The position numbers and the translations under genes were made by a program. Below the pieces are notes generated by a model, which was not told where the DNA came from, did not search any database, and saw only the letters and a list, made by a program, of their open reading frames with translations. A stretch of 42,211 nt of DNA, from contig CAZFWT010000001.1 in assembly GCA_964522635.1 (NCBI GenBank), forward strand, positions 15,780-57,990, written 5' to 3'. Source of the stretch: an uncultured Halobacteria archaeon. Lineage in GTDB: Archaea > Halobacteriota > Syntropharchaeia > Alkanophagales > Methanospirareceae. Shown here piece after piece: positions 8,670 to 18,457 of this stretch (its first letter is position 1; every line of letters begins with the position of its first letter).

Positions 8670-8804
8670 GTTACAACAACTCTAACCGCTGCGTCACCTT
8701 GTCGAGCTCATCCGCACGGGCCGGGCCTATGCCGAGCGCAGTAACAGTCCCCGGCGGTATCTCGGTCAGACCCGCGTCCTCGACGATCGCACACGGCAGC
8801 CCCA
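8670..8804. repeat. Direct repeat, copy B (inside the intact pth2), paired with copy A at 7516-7650
   Basis: 135-nt ungapped alignment with about 93 percent identity by hand count. The repeats bracket a ~1.0-kb AT-richer segment (7651-8669). Confidence 0.8.
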
Positions 8805-9033
8805 GCCGCTCCGCGTCGTCCCGTACCCTGTACAGCGCGGGAAGACCGGGCACCTTGAGCGCCACCTTCTTCTGGCCCTGCTCTTTCCAGCTCTTACGGT
8901 CGTGCAGCGGAGCACGCTCGTAGCTAAGAATAGAGGCGTGTGCGGCCTGCACCGCCGCCTTGCCCTTCGAGAGCTTCAGGTCAGCCCGGAGGACTATGCA
9001 CTGCTTGTATTCTTTCTCTGTCTTCTCGACCAT
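8671..9033 (-). CDS. pth2: Peptidyl-tRNA hydrolase, archaeal type (Pth2)
   Basis: 120 aa. It reads KQCIVLRADLKLSKGKAAVQAAHASI...GLPCAIVEDAGLTEIPPGTVTALGIGP, which is the typical Pth2 length and motifs. Confidence 0.9.
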   Translation of the reverse strand: MVEKTEKEYKQCIVLRADLKLSKGKAAVQAAHASILSYERAPLHDRKSWKEQGQKKVALKVPGLPALYRVRDDAERLGLPCAIVEDAGLTEIPPGTVTALGIGPARADELDKVTQRLELL

Positions 9034-9180
9034 TGCTCGTTGATCTCAGCTCCTCCATGCAAGGATTTGTTCCTGGATTAAACAGGGGCTAAACTCGGTT
9101 ACCAGATAGTAGTTTAAGAAAAGCCCTAGAAATAAAAGCATCAAAGGTTAAGGTTAATAGAATAGACAGGGACTCGAAGA

Positions 9181-11613
9181 GTGCATCGCATGAAGCTGGA
9201 AAAGAAATACAAACCGGAGATCGTGGAGAAGAAGTGGTTGGAGACCTGGGAAGACTCGCTCTATTACTTTGATGAAGCTTCTGATCGCCCACCGTATATC
9301 ATCGATACGCCGCCGCCATACCCGACGGGCGATTTTCACGTTGGTAATGCGCTGAACTGGTGTTATATTGATTTTATCGCACGTTACAAACGCATGCGCG
9401 GCTATAACGTGATGTTCCCGCAGGGCTGGGACTGCCATGGGCTGCCGACTGAGGTGAAGGTGGAGGAGCGGCACGGGATTTCCAAGCGGCAGATCGACAA
9501 GCAGCAGTTCCGGGAGCTCTGCAAGCAACTGACCCGTGAGAACATTGCGCAGATGAAGGGCATGATGCAGAAACTCGGTATGTCCATTGATTGGAGCCGC
9601 GAGTTCGTCACGATGGAAGACCGGTACAAGCGGTATACGCAGCTCTCGTTCCTCCGCATGTATCGTGACGGGCTGATCTACCAGGCTGAGCATCCCGTGA
9701 ACTGGTGCCCGCGCTGCGAGACCGCAATTGCGTTCGCGGAGGTCGAGTATGAGGATCGCAACGCGAAGTTGCATTATATATGCTTCAAAAAGGTTGACAC
9801 TGGGAAAGAGCCCGGATATGTCGAGATCGCGACGACACGGCCGGAACTGCTGGCGAGTTGTGTCGCCGTAGCCGTGCACCCTGATGATGAGCGGTACCGG
9901 GACATCGCGGGCAAGGAGCTGGTCGTGCCGATATTCGAGCACCTCGTTAAGGTCTATGAGGATGAGAGCGTCGATCCCGAGTTCGGCACCGGCGTGGTGA
10001 TGATCTGCACGTTTGGTGACCGGCAGGACGTGCGCTGGTGGAAGGAGCATAACCTTCCCCTGATTACCTGTATTGATGAGCAGGGCCGGATGACCGAGGC
10101 GGCGCGTGGTTATACGGGTCTCAGCACCGCCGAATGCAAGCAGCAGATCATCGAGGACTTGAAGGCCCAGGGCCTTTACAAGGCGCAGGAACCGCTGAGG
10201 CAGAACGTGGGCGTCTGCTGGCGCTGCAAGACGCCGATTGAGATCATCTCGACCCGGCAGTGGTTCGTACGCGTGCTGCACGAGGAGATAAAGAACGCAT
10301 CGGGGCAGATCTCCTGGTACCCGGAGCATTTCGCCATTCGGCTCAGAAACTGGGTTGACTCGATGGAGTGGGACTGGTGCATCTCGCGGCAGCGGATCTT
10401 CAGCGTGCCCATCCCGGTCTGGTACTGCAAGCGCTGTGGCACCGTAAAAGTGGCAGCCAAGGATGATTTGCCCGTAGACCCTACGATCAGCAGCCCGAAA
10501 GAGCCCTGCAGCAACTGTGGCAGTACGGAGTTCGTAGGCGAGGAGGACGTCCTGGACACCTGGATGGACTCGTCGCTGAGCGCGCTCTGGGTATCGGGCT
10601 GGGATCTCAACGCCGAGAAGCCCTCCGCGCTCGCCTTCCCCGTCGCGCTCCGACCACAGGGGCACGATATTATTCGCACATGGGCATTCTACACCATCCT
10701 GCGCTCGCTTGCGCTCGCCAAGACCTTCCCCTGGGACACTATTCTAATCAATGGCATGGTGCTCGGCGAGGACGGCTACAAGATGAGCAAGTCGCGGAAC
10801 AACTTCATATCACCCAACGAGGTCATTCGGGAGCATGGTGCGGATGTCTTCAGGCAGTGGGCCGCGATCGGCGGTGCTGTCGGCTCGGACGTGCAGTTCC
10901 GCTGGAAAGACATCGTGGCCGCGAGCAAGTTCATGCAGAAGCTCTGGAACATACTCCGGTTCGCACTGCTGCATCTCGAAGAGTACGACCCCGCGGCGGG
11001 CTCGGTCGAGCTCCGTGTGGTTGATACCTGGCTGCTCACGAAGTTGAACAAGCTTGTGCAGTCAGTGACGGAGGCGATGGAGACCTACAAGTTCGATGAG
11101 GCAATGAAGGAAATACGCGCGTTCACCTGGAATACGCTCGCCGACGATTACATCGAGCTGGCGAAATCGCGGCTCTATGGCCGCGGCGGCGATGACGGGA
11201 AGGAATCAGCGAGATACGCGTTGTATACGACGCTCGTGACGCTCGGTAATCTGCTTGCACCGTTTGCGCCGTTCTTCGCCGAAGAGATGCACGCGTATAT
11301 CGGGAACGGCGGCAGCGTGCACCACGCGCAGTGGCCTGAGCCCATTCCCGAGGAGATCGACGCCGATGCGGAAGTCCAGGGCGATCTCATCGCCGATATC
11401 GTTCGCGCAGTTCGCCACTTCAAGTCGGAGCAGGGTATCGCGTTAAATGCGCCGCTGGGCACCGTGCGAATTTACGGTGCGCATGTGGACACCGAGGACA
11501 TCGAGAACGCTACGGCAACACCAGTGGAGCTCGTCGAGCAGGCGGACGCAGGTGAAGCTGCTGGCACGATGCTCGATGTCCGGGGCACGCGGGTTGAGTT
11601 ACTTAAGGCGTAA
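9181..11613 (+). CDS. valS: Valine--tRNA ligase
   Basis: Motifs present: [16 protein letters not shown] (HIGH-type), [19 protein letters not shown] (KMSKS). The N-terminus [15 protein letters not shown] and the size (810 aa) fit archaeal ValRS better than LeuRS or IleRS. The ORF opens at GTG 9181, and ATG 9190 is equally plausible. Confidence 0.85.
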   Translation: MHRMKLEKKYKPEIVEKKWLETWEDSLYYFDEASDRPPYIIDTPPPYPTGDFHVGNALNWCYIDFIARYKRMRGYNVMFPQGWDCHGLPTEVKVEERHGISKRQIDKQQFRELCKQLTRENIAQMKGMMQKLGMSIDWSREFVTMEDRYKRYTQLSFLRMYRDGLIYQAEHPVNWCPRCETAIAFAEVEYEDRNAKLHYICFKKVDTGKEPGYVEIATTRPELLASCVAVAVHPDDERYRDIAGKELVVPIFEHLVKVYEDESVDPEFGTGVVMICTFGDRQDVRWWKEHNLPLITCIDEQGRMTEAARGYTGLSTAECKQQIIEDLKAQGLYKAQEPLRQNVGVCWRCKTPIEIISTRQWFVRVLHEEIKNASGQISWYPEHFAIRLRNWVDSMEWDWCISRQRIFSVPIPVWYCKRCGTVKVAAKDDLPVDPTISSPKEPCSNCGSTEFVGEEDVLDTWMDSSLSALWVSGWDLNAEKPSALAFPVALRPQGHDIIRTWAFYTILRSLALAKTFPWDTILINGMVLGEDGYKMSKSRNNFISPNEVIREHGADVFRQWAAIGGAVGSDVQFRWKDIVAASKFMQKLWNILRFALLHLEEYDPAAGSVELRVVDTWLLTKLNKLVQSVTEAMETYKFDEAMKEIRAFTWNTLADDYIELAKSRLYGRGGDDGKESARYALYTTLVTLGNLLAPFAPFFAEEMHAYIGNGGSVHHAQWPEPIPEEIDADAEVQGDLIADIVRAVRHFKSEQGIALNAPLGTVRIYGAHVDTEDIENATATPVELVEQADAGEAAGTMLDVRGTRVELLKA

Positions 11614-11638
11614 TCCGTAACAATAAAGGGGGTACGAG

Positions 11639-11863
11639 ATGGCAAAAGGAAAGACAGCGAAGAAGGGAAAGCACGAGGAGAAGAAAGAAGGCGGAAGTAA
11701 AGGCGAAGAGCGCGGTCTCATGTCCTCCGCAGGCTTGATGCGGTACTACGACGTCGAGGAATCCGCGATAAAGATGTCCCCGAAGATGATCCTGATCCTT
11801 GGTGTAGTTATTGGCGTGGTCATCATCGGGTTGGAGATTTATTTTGGCACCTGGCCAACGTGA
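11639..11863 (+). CDS. secG: Preprotein translocase subunit Sec61beta (archaeal SecG)
   Basis: 74 aa. It has a Lys-rich N-terminus, the conserved SSAGLMRYYD motif and a single C-terminal TM (MILILGVVIGVVIIGLEIYF). Confidence 0.85.
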   Translation: MAKGKTAKKGKHEEKKEGGSKGEERGLMSSAGLMRYYDVEESAIKMSPKMILILGVVIGVVIIGLEIYFGTWPT

Positions 11864-11884
11864 GTGAAGTGAGGGCTGGAACTC

Positions 11885-12349
11885 ATGCAGCAGCGTAGCG
11901 CCGGAATGGTGGACATCAGCGCCAAGGGCAACGTCGAGCGTATCGCAATCGCGTCGGGCACGATTCGCCTGGATCCGAGCACGATCGAGAAGATTCAAAG
12001 CGGCACGACCAGAAAGGGGAATGTGCTCGGCTGTGCTGAGATCGCGGCGATCCTTGCCGTGAAGAAGACGCCCGAAGTCATTCCGCTCTGTCACCAGATA
12101 AATATCGAGCAGGTTGCCGTGGCTTTTATCGTGGGCACGGACAGGATTAGCGCATCGGTCTCGGTCAAATCGGTCGGCAAGACGGGCGTGGAGATGGACG
12201 CGCTCCATGGACTCTCCATTGCACTCCTGACAATCTGGGACATGGTGAAAGCGGAGGAGAAGGACGAAACGGGCAATTATCCCCATACTCGAATCGACGA
12301 TATTCAGGTGGAGAAGAAGGAAAAGCGACCGCTTTACAGTTCCTCGTAG
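11885..12349 (+). CDS. moaC: Cyclic pyranopterin monophosphate synthase MoaC
   Basis: Motifs present: VDISAKGNVERIA, VIPLCHQI, GKTGVEMDALHGLSIALLTIWDMVKA. Confidence 0.9.
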   Translation: MQQRSAGMVDISAKGNVERIAIASGTIRLDPSTIEKIQSGTTRKGNVLGCAEIAAILAVKKTPEVIPLCHQINIEQVAVAFIVGTDRISASVSVKSVGKTGVEMDALHGLSIALLTIWDMVKAEEKDETGNYPHTRIDDIQVEKKEKRPLYSSS

Positions 12350-12583
12350 CGAACGGAACTCGGGGTGTGAGGGGCTGCGACACGCTAATGTGCTAACCTT
12401 GCCGGCTCTAAGTTAAGTGAATCCCGAGTGCACTACTGTTACGTTACCTCACTAACGAATCACAGCGTCCTCGATGGCCCCGCGACGGTGAAACGGGGGG
12501 GCGCGCGAGAGATCATCCCTTGAGTATCGCAAACACGTTGCGAAACATAACATCGGAATGAGCAAAACGAGAGCGCCCACCGT

Positions 12584-13369
12584 CTAGCGTAACGCGACTC
12601 CGAAGACGCGCTCGAAATTACGCTCGATCGCCTCGTCCACTGTTTCGAGCGAGAGCTTCTGCTGCCGCGCAATCTCCTCGTATACCACCTTAACATTCTG
12701 CGGCACGTTCCGTTCGTTCTCAGTTGTCGCGAGATACGGCGCATCCGTTTCGGTGAGTAATGCAGACAGCGGTAGCCGCTTCGCCACCTTCTTCATGCTC
12801 TTGCTTCGCACGATCGAGGTCGGGAGTGAGACGTAGTAGCCTTCCTCGCAGATCTCCTCCGCAACGGCTGGCTTGCCGGTGAAGCAGTGGAAGATTGCGC
12901 TTTTCACGTCTTCGCCCCTGACAATCTTCAAACCCTCCTCAATTGCCTCGCTGCCCGTACCGCGGAGGTGCAGCACCACTGGCAGCCGTAGCTCATTCGC
13001 CAGCCCGAGGAACTCCACAAAAACCTCCTTCGTTCGTTTCAACTTCAGCGGGTCCTTCACCCAGTAGTAATCGAGTCCGATCTCGCCGATACCCACGATC
13101 GCGCGCCGGTGCGCACTGACGAATTCCGCGTACCGCTCGATCTCCTGGTCCGTTCTATCCTCCACATAAATCGGATGCAGCCCGAGCGTTACAAAGATGA
13201 ATCCGGTGTGCGCCGCAGCAAGCTCTAACGCCTTCTCCGCGTCTGCTGGCCCGGCGCCACAAATCACCACGCCACTGAGAACGCGCTTCGCTTCCTCAAT
13301 CACCTGCGTACGATCCGTATCGTACTCAGCCATCGTCAAATGGCAATGGATATCGATAATTTCAACCAC
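12584..13369 (-). CDS. TatD-family metal-dependent hydrolase/DNase
   Basis: Motifs present: IDIHCHL (the GTG start at 13369 is needed to retain this HxH), GEIGLDYYW, VVLHLRG, FHCFTG, LLTETDAPYL. Confidence 0.85.
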   Translation of the reverse strand: MVEIIDIHCHLTMAEYDTDRTQVIEEAKRVLSGVVICGAGPADAEKALELAAAHTGFIFVTLGLHPIYVEDRTDQEIERYAEFVSAHRRAIVGIGEIGLDYYWVKDPLKLKRTKEVFVEFLGLANELRLPVVLHLRGTGSEAIEEGLKIVRGEDVKSAIFHCFTGKPAVAEEICEEGYYVSLPTSIVRSKSMKKVAKRLPLSALLTETDAPYLATTENERNVPQNVKVVYEEIARQQKLSLETVDEAIERNFERVFGVALR

Positions 13370-13450
13370 CTCAAACCTTACTTAGTATCGTACGTGGTAA
13401 AAATCCGTTACGTTACCACGGGAATTTAAAGAAGCGGTCTGTGCAAGGCG

Positions 13451-13457
13451 AAAAAAA
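13451..13457 (-). terminator. Oligo-T tract (T7) immediately downstream of the coiled-coil gene
   Basis: The minus strand reads TAG-GAGC-TTTTTTT. Oligo-T runs are the known archaeal intrinsic termination signal. Confidence 0.4.
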
Positions 13458-13461
13458 GCTC

Positions 13462-14328
13462 CTACTTCAGCCCCAGCTCAGACCGCTGGAGCATGAGCAC
13501 ATCTTCCGTACTGAGTTTCTGGCCCTCTTTAAACCGCTCGTAAATGCCCTTCGCCTTCTTCCTCGCTTCTAGCCGCTCGCGGAAACTCCAGTCTTCACGA
13601 ATCTTCCGGCGCAGTCCGGTGATTACGCGGTCGAAGTCCTTCATGTCTCTGAGATAGCGGATATACAACTTGTGCGCATCATCCGCTTCTTCCTGCGCCT
13701 CCAGGAACAGCCGGTGCGCCTCATCCGCCTTCTCTCGCACACGATCCGCCTCCTTGAAGTGCTCAATCATCTTATCGTGGCTCTCATGCGACAATTTCAC
13801 GTACTCGATCACCTCTTCGTGGTACTGATCCGATTCCTTGTGGTAGGTCTGCGCTTTCTTCAGCAATTCCGCCAGTTTCTTGTCCTTCTCCAGCTCCTTC
13901 TCCATACGCTCAAACTCACGCCGCAGCTCCGTGATCTTCGCTACCAGTTTCCGCTCCTGATCCTTGCTCATCACTTCCACCTGCTGCCGCAGCTCCATCT
14001 CCTCGATGCGTCCTCGCAACTGCTCAAAAGCCTGGATGCTCGCCAGATCGTTCCGTTTGCGCTGCTTCTCTACCAGCTGGTAATAGCTCGACGCCTTGCG
14101 GTTCAATTCACCACGTTTCGTCTTCTTCTCCGCGATCAGCTTCTCATATTCCTCGCGCTGCTGCTTGAACTCTTTTGCCTTCTCCACTGCCTGTTTGATG
14201 TGGGCATTCAAATCATCACGTAATTCCGCCCACTTACCGGCCTCGGCATTCAACTCAGTCCGCCGTGCTTTATACTCCTCCGCCTTCTTTATAATTTCCG
14301 ATCTCCGTTCCTCTAGCTCCTCTAGCAT
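13462..14328 (-). CDS. Conserved archaeal coiled-coil protein (COG1340-like)
   Basis: 288 aa, extremely E/K/R/L-rich with heptad character throughout (..ELNAEAGKWAELRDDLNAHIKQAVEKAKEFKQQREEYEKLIAEKK..). No enzymatic motif is present. Confidence 0.7.
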   Translation of the reverse strand: MLEELEERRSEIIKKAEEYKARRTELNAEAGKWAELRDDLNAHIKQAVEKAKEFKQQREEYEKLIAEKKTKRGELNRKASSYYQLVEKQRKRNDLASIQAFEQLRGRIEEMELRQQVEVMSKDQERKLVAKITELRREFERMEKELEKDKKLAELLKKAQTYHKESDQYHEEVIEYVKLSHESHDKMIEHFKEADRVREKADEAHRLFLEAQEEADDAHKLYIRYLRDMKDFDRVITGLRRKIREDWSFRERLEARKKAKGIYERFKEGQKLSTEDVLMLQRSELGLK

Positions 14329-15653
14329 CCCTCAATATATCTTTCCCTGTATTCTTTATAAATACTCTTTGATTTGTAATGTAACTCGGGAAATGCATAC
14401 GCATTCTTACCATCAAAGCAGTACCTCGCATCCTGATACCCGCTTCGTAATTCCTTCACTGCTTCTTTTATCTTTTGCACATCAACTTTCCCGATCACCA
14501 CGCGTGCAATAAGCGACGCGACTTCCCTCATCTCCGATTCCTTCATCCCAACCATCGTCAATTCCTGCACGCCCAGCCTGATGCCCGAGGGCGTGTCGGG
14601 ATTTTTATCCGCGGGCAGGAGGTTCTTATTGATAATGATATTGGCAAGCTCCAAGTGCTCTGCTACGGCCGCGCCCCCGCCGAGCTTGAGCGCGTTGATG
14701 GCTATCTGATGCGATTCGGTGAAGCCCTTATGCTCGCAGAGCACCTCAAATCCCTCCTCGTAGAGGGCTCCTGCCAGGGCCTTCGCATTCGCCACCGTCT
14801 GCGCCGCGTATGCCTCGCCGAACTCCAGCATCTCGGCCAAAGAGACCGCCAGGCCCGCAACATGATGGAGATGATGGTTGCTCACCGTGCCGGGGAAAAC
14901 TGCCTCGTCTATCCGCTGCTTGAGCTCCTCTTTACAGAGTATGAGTGCGCCCTGGGGGCCCGGAAAGGTCTTATGCGTGCTGCTCGCGACCACGTCCGCG
15001 CCTTCGCGAAGCGGATCCTGGAACTTTTTGCCCGCGATCAGTCCAAACACGTGCGAGCCATCGTACACGATCCGTGCACCCAGCTCGTCTGCAGCTTCAC
15101 GCGCCGCTGCAACTGGATGCGGGAAGAGGAAGAGACTGGCACCAAAGAGTAAGAGCTTGGGCTTCTTCTCCCCTATCTTCTTCACCATCAGCTCGGTATC
15201 GATGTTCATCTCATGCGCGTCAAACGGGAAGGTGAACAGCTCGAGATCACGCATCCCCGGTATGGAGACCTTCGAATGACTGATATGGCCTCCGTTCGGT
15301 ACGGAAAGGGCCATCATGCGGTCACGCGGCGCGGTCAGCGCAAAGAGCGCTGCGAGATTCGCCGTCACTCCTGAGATTGGCTTCACATTCACGTGCTCCG
15401 CAGCAAACAGCGCTCGCGCCAGCGTGATCGCCTTCTCCTCGATCTCGTCGATGTACTTACAGCCCTGGTAAAATCGACTGCCCACTTCACCCTCCGCGTA
15501 CCGATGCGAGAGATCGGAGGCAAGCAGCATCCGTACGGTATTGCTCGTGACATTCTCGCTCGCGATGAGCGGTAGTGCAGTCGCGAAGAGCTCATGATGC
15601 TTCTTCACCGCATCGATCACGCTTCTTATCTCTGATCGCATATCGCCTGCCAT
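14322..15653 (-). CDS. glyA: Serine hydroxymethyltransferase
   Basis: Motifs present: LIASENVTSN, SHRYAEG, SSTHKTFPGPQG (PLP lysine). The stop overlaps the start of the downstream coiled-coil gene by 7 nt. Confidence 0.9.
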   Translation of the reverse strand: MAGDMRSEIRSVIDAVKKHHELFATALPLIASENVTSNTVRMLLASDLSHRYAEGEVGSRFYQGCKYIDEIEEKAITLARALFAAEHVNVKPISGVTANLAALFALTAPRDRMMALSVPNGGHISHSKVSIPGMRDLELFTFPFDAHEMNIDTELMVKKIGEKKPKLLLFGASLFLFPHPVAAAREAADELGARIVYDGSHVFGLIAGKKFQDPLREGADVVASSTHKTFPGPQGALILCKEELKQRIDEAVFPGTVSNHHLHHVAGLAVSLAEMLEFGEAYAAQTVANAKALAGALYEEGFEVLCEHKGFTESHQIAINALKLGGGAAVAEHLELANIIINKNLLPADKNPDTPSGIRLGVQELTMVGMKESEMREVASLIARVVIGKVDVQKIKEAVKELRSGYQDARYCFDGKNAYAFPELHYKSKSIYKEYRERYIEGC

Positions 15654-15704
15654 CTTACTCTCCTGGTTCTCCTTTCCCCTTTCTATTTCTATCCGATTAT
15701 CTAC

Positions 15705-16619
15705 TTACCGTTCCAGTAAAATAGAAAGAACAGCCATTCGCACGGGAATACCATAGAACGCCTGGGTGAAGTAGCGCGCGTTCGCCGTCTCGTCCACGTC
15801 TGCTGCGATCTCGTCGAGCTTCGGGAGCGGATGCATGATCACCGCGTGGGGATTCTCTGCCAGCAGCCCGGTCGTAATGCGGTACGTTCCCGCAACCTTA
15901 TTATATTCCGTCGGATCTGGAAATCGCTCGCGCTGGATCCTCGTCATGTAGAGCACGTCCACTTCCTTGATCACGTCGCGCAGATCCGTGGATTCAAAAA
16001 TGTCGACGCCGGCTTCGATCAAATCCATCTTGATCTCCTCAGGCATGCGCAGCGCCTCGGGTGAGATGAAGAAGAGCTTCGCACCGTACAGTGACAACGC
16101 ATAGGCCAGTGAATGAACCGTCCGCCCGTATTTGAGGTCGCCGATCAGGGCGATCCTGAGCGAGTCCAGCAACTGCTCCTGCTGTATCGTGTACAGATCG
16201 AGCAGTGTCTGAGTGGGATGATGGCCTGCACCGTCGCCCGCGTTGATGATTGGCACGGCCGAGAACGAGGTGGCCATTCGTGATGCGCCCTCCTTCGGAT
16301 GCCGGAGTGCGATGATGTCGCAGTAGCTTGAGACGATTCGTATCGTATCGACCAGATTCTCCCCCTTCGCCGCCGAGGTCGTCTCTGGTGACGAGACGTT
16401 GATGACCTCACCCCCCAGCCGCTTCATCGCCACCTCAAATGAGAGCCGCGTTCGCGTGCTGGGCTCGTAAAAGAGGTTGGCGAGGATCTTCCCTGACAGT
16501 AAGTCACACGTCTTCGAGCCCCGTGCGTAGAGCTCCAGCTCCGCTGCACGACTCAGGATGTAATCGATCTCTTCTCTGGTGAAGTCGCGTGTGGAAATGA
16601 TGTGCCTTCTCGCGAACAT
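15705..16619 (-). CDS. pyrB: Aspartate carbamoyltransferase catalytic subunit
   Basis: Motifs present: STRTRLSFEVAMKRLGG, HPTQTLLDL, HPLPKLDEI. 304 aa. Confidence 0.9.
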   Translation of the reverse strand: MFARRHIISTRDFTREEIDYILSRAAELELYARGSKTCDLLSGKILANLFYEPSTRTRLSFEVAMKRLGGEVINVSSPETTSAAKGENLVDTIRIVSSYCDIIALRHPKEGASRMATSFSAVPIINAGDGAGHHPTQTLLDLYTIQQEQLLDSLRIALIGDLKYGRTVHSLAYALSLYGAKLFFISPEALRMPEEIKMDLIEAGVDIFESTDLRDVIKEVDVLYMTRIQRERFPDPTEYNKVAGTYRITTGLLAENPHAVIMHPLPKLDEIAADVDETANARYFTQAFYGIPVRMAVLSILLER

Positions 16620-16697
16620 CGCGTCTGAGAGATTGTAAGCGGGTGCAGGTATAAGAATCTACCGTTAAGGGCGCGAGAATCAGAAACACGAGCAGGG

Positions 16698-16722
16698 AAA
16701 AAATAAAAAGAAAGAAAAAAAG
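16698..16722 (-). terminator. T-rich tract downstream of alba
   Basis: The minus strand reads TCTTTTTTTCTTTCTTTTTATTTTTTCCC, about 50 nt after the alba stop. Confidence 0.4.
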
Positions 16723-16771
16723 ACGGAGTCAAGAGAACGCTTATCCCAGGATTAAATCGCTTTCGCGCCTC

Positions 16772-17050
16772 TCACTTCGTTTTCATTGTTATCTCGACCG
16801 ACGAGACGTTTGCTTTATCTCCACCTTCGCCCACGAGCTGCTCTGTTCCGATTTTTATGTCCTTCACTTCTACACCCGGCATGAACTTGTTCCGTACAAC
16901 TTCCGCTGTGTCGACCGCCCTCGAGATTGCTCTCCCTCGTGCCTTGATCAAGACCTCATCAAAGCCGTTGTTGAACTGCGTTACAACTGCCAGGACATAA
17001 CTCATCACAGGCTTATTCCCGATATATATAACGTTGTCTTCTCCAGGCAT
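16772..17050 (-). CDS. albA: Chromatin protein Alba (DNA/RNA-binding)
   Basis: It reads [51 protein letters not shown]. The ATG at 17050 is preceded by GGTGA at ~11 nt, and the ORF track opens at GTG 17065. Confidence 0.9.
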   Translation of the reverse strand: MPGEDNVIYIGNKPVMSYVLAVVTQFNNGFDEVLIKARGRAISRAVDTAEVVRNKFMPGVEVKDIKIGTEQLVGEGGDKANVSSVEITMKTK

Positions 17051-17088
17051 TTTTGGTTCGTTCACCTGACTGATAGAAGGTGGAGGTA

Positions 17089-17096
17089 TATTTAAA
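17089..17096 (-). promoter_or_regulatory. TATA box for alba
   Basis: The minus strand reads CCTTTAAATATACC, about 40-45 nt upstream of the ATG at 17050. Confidence 0.4.
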
Positions 17097-17202
17097 GGTA
17101 TACTCTTTCATAACCCTCGCAACGCGCGCGAGTGGTGTAGCGAGCGTGGCATTTTTCTTACCCGCTGTGCCTTTCTTTATACGTTAGGTGTGATACGGAA
17201 CG

Positions 17203-18402
17203 ATGCGGACGGTGGTCTTTGAGCCATTCTCGGGCGCGGCCGGCGATATGATCCTCGGTAGTCTGCTGGCTTTGGGCGTGAAGGAGTCGAAGATAGCGGA
17301 CGCTATTTCAGCCTTCAATCTCGCCCTGGAGGTGACTGATGTGGAGAAGCGCGGTATCATGGCGAAGCATGTTGCCTTCGTCGCGACCCGGGCCGCGGCG
17401 GAACGATCATGCAGCGATCGTTCGTATAGCGATATGCGGCAAGCGCTCGAACAGAGCGGACTGCCTGAGCCGGTCATTCAGCACGCAGTGAGCGCCTTTG
17501 AGCGAATCGCGCAAGCAGAGGCGATCGTACATGGCATTCCTAAGGGGAAGATCACGTTTCATGAGCTGGGTGCACTGGACACGCTGGGCGATCTGGTGGG
17601 CAGCGCCGTTGCCTTCCTGGAGCTGAATCCTGACACCATTCTCAGCACGCCGATTTCGCTCGGCACGGGCTTCGTGCAGATCGAGCACGGATGCTTCCCC
17701 GTTCCGGCACCGGCGACACTCGAGATCCTGAGGGATACCGCATTGCTGTATCGGGGCGGACCGGCGGTGATAAACGCGGAGCTCTTGACGCCGACGGGCG
17801 CAGCACTGCTCGCGCAGTTCGTGGAGCGATCTGAGCCCGCCTTCCCGCAGCTGCGGATTGAGAAGATCGGCTATGGCGCAGGAACGCAGGACCTGCCAGT
17901 CCCGAATGTCTTACGCGCAAGCCTCGGAACACTCACCGAGTTGTCACGGGACCTTATCGAGGTGCTGGAGACGAACGTGGACAACGTAACGGGCGAGATG
18001 ATGGGTAACCTGATCGAGGTGCTCATGGCTGAGGGCGCGCGCGACGTGGCCGTGGCACCGGTGCTCATGAAGAAGGGCAGGACGGGCTATCTCATCACAG
18101 TGATCACCGCGCCACAGGATGCAGCTCGAATTGCACAGCGGCTGATGGCTGAGACCGGTACGCTGGGTGTACGTGTCATGCAGGTGAAGCATCGCTTCGT
18201 TGCGGATCGCGAAGAGGCGCGCGTGAAGGTGACACTCAGGGGTGTAGAGCGGGAAGTAGGCGTAAAAATCGGCCGCGATGCTGCGGGGAAGGTGCTCACC
18301 GTGGCTGCGGAGTTCGAAGATGCGAAGCGGGTGGCGCGCGAGCTGAACATGCCGCTGAAGGATGTTCTGAAGGCCGTGGAAGGTACCTTTTTCTATACCT
18401 AA
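17203..18402 (+). CDS. larC: LarC-family nickel insertion protein (UPF0272/DUF111)
   Basis: Motifs present: FEPFSGAAGDMILGSLLALGV, FHELGALDTLGDLVG, LLTPTGAALLA, NVDNVTGEMMG. 399 aa. Confidence 0.8.
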   Translation: MRTVVFEPFSGAAGDMILGSLLALGVKESKIADAISAFNLALEVTDVEKRGIMAKHVAFVATRAAAERSCSDRSYSDMRQALEQSGLPEPVIQHAVSAFERIAQAEAIVHGIPKGKITFHELGALDTLGDLVGSAVAFLELNPDTILSTPISLGTGFVQIEHGCFPVPAPATLEILRDTALLYRGGPAVINAELLTPTGAALLAQFVERSEPAFPQLRIEKIGYGAGTQDLPVPNVLRASLGTLTELSRDLIEVLETNVDNVTGEMMGNLIEVLMAEGARDVAVAPVLMKKGRTGYLITVITAPQDAARIAQRLMAETGTLGVRVMQVKHRFVADREEARVKVTLRGVEREVGVKIGRDAAGKVLTVAAEFEDAKRVARELNMPLKDVLKAVEGTFFYT

Positions 18403-18457
18403 GACCAAGGCACTGTTAGTGGTGGATGGGGTCTTCTCAGCTCGGGAGAATATTTGT

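Noticed and set aside
9154-10665. 503-aa minus-strand ORF antisense to valS (also 10176..10679 and other overlapping ORFs)
   Set aside because: It has the Arg/Leu/Pro/His-rich, motif-free composition typical of antisense frames in GC-rich DNA. The sense frame carries unmistakable class-I aaRS motifs over its full length.
11603-12286. 227-aa minus-strand ORF across sec61beta and moaC
   Set aside because: It is antisense to two well-supported conserved genes and has no motifs.
12350-12583. 234-nt gene-free gap between moaC and tatD, considered as a possible ncRNA (C/D-box sRNA, SRP or RNase P fragment)
   Set aside because: Only weak 5-bp hairpins and no proper C (RUGAUGA) / D (CUGA) box pairs were found. 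It does not fold as a tRNA. Nothing is supportable by eye.
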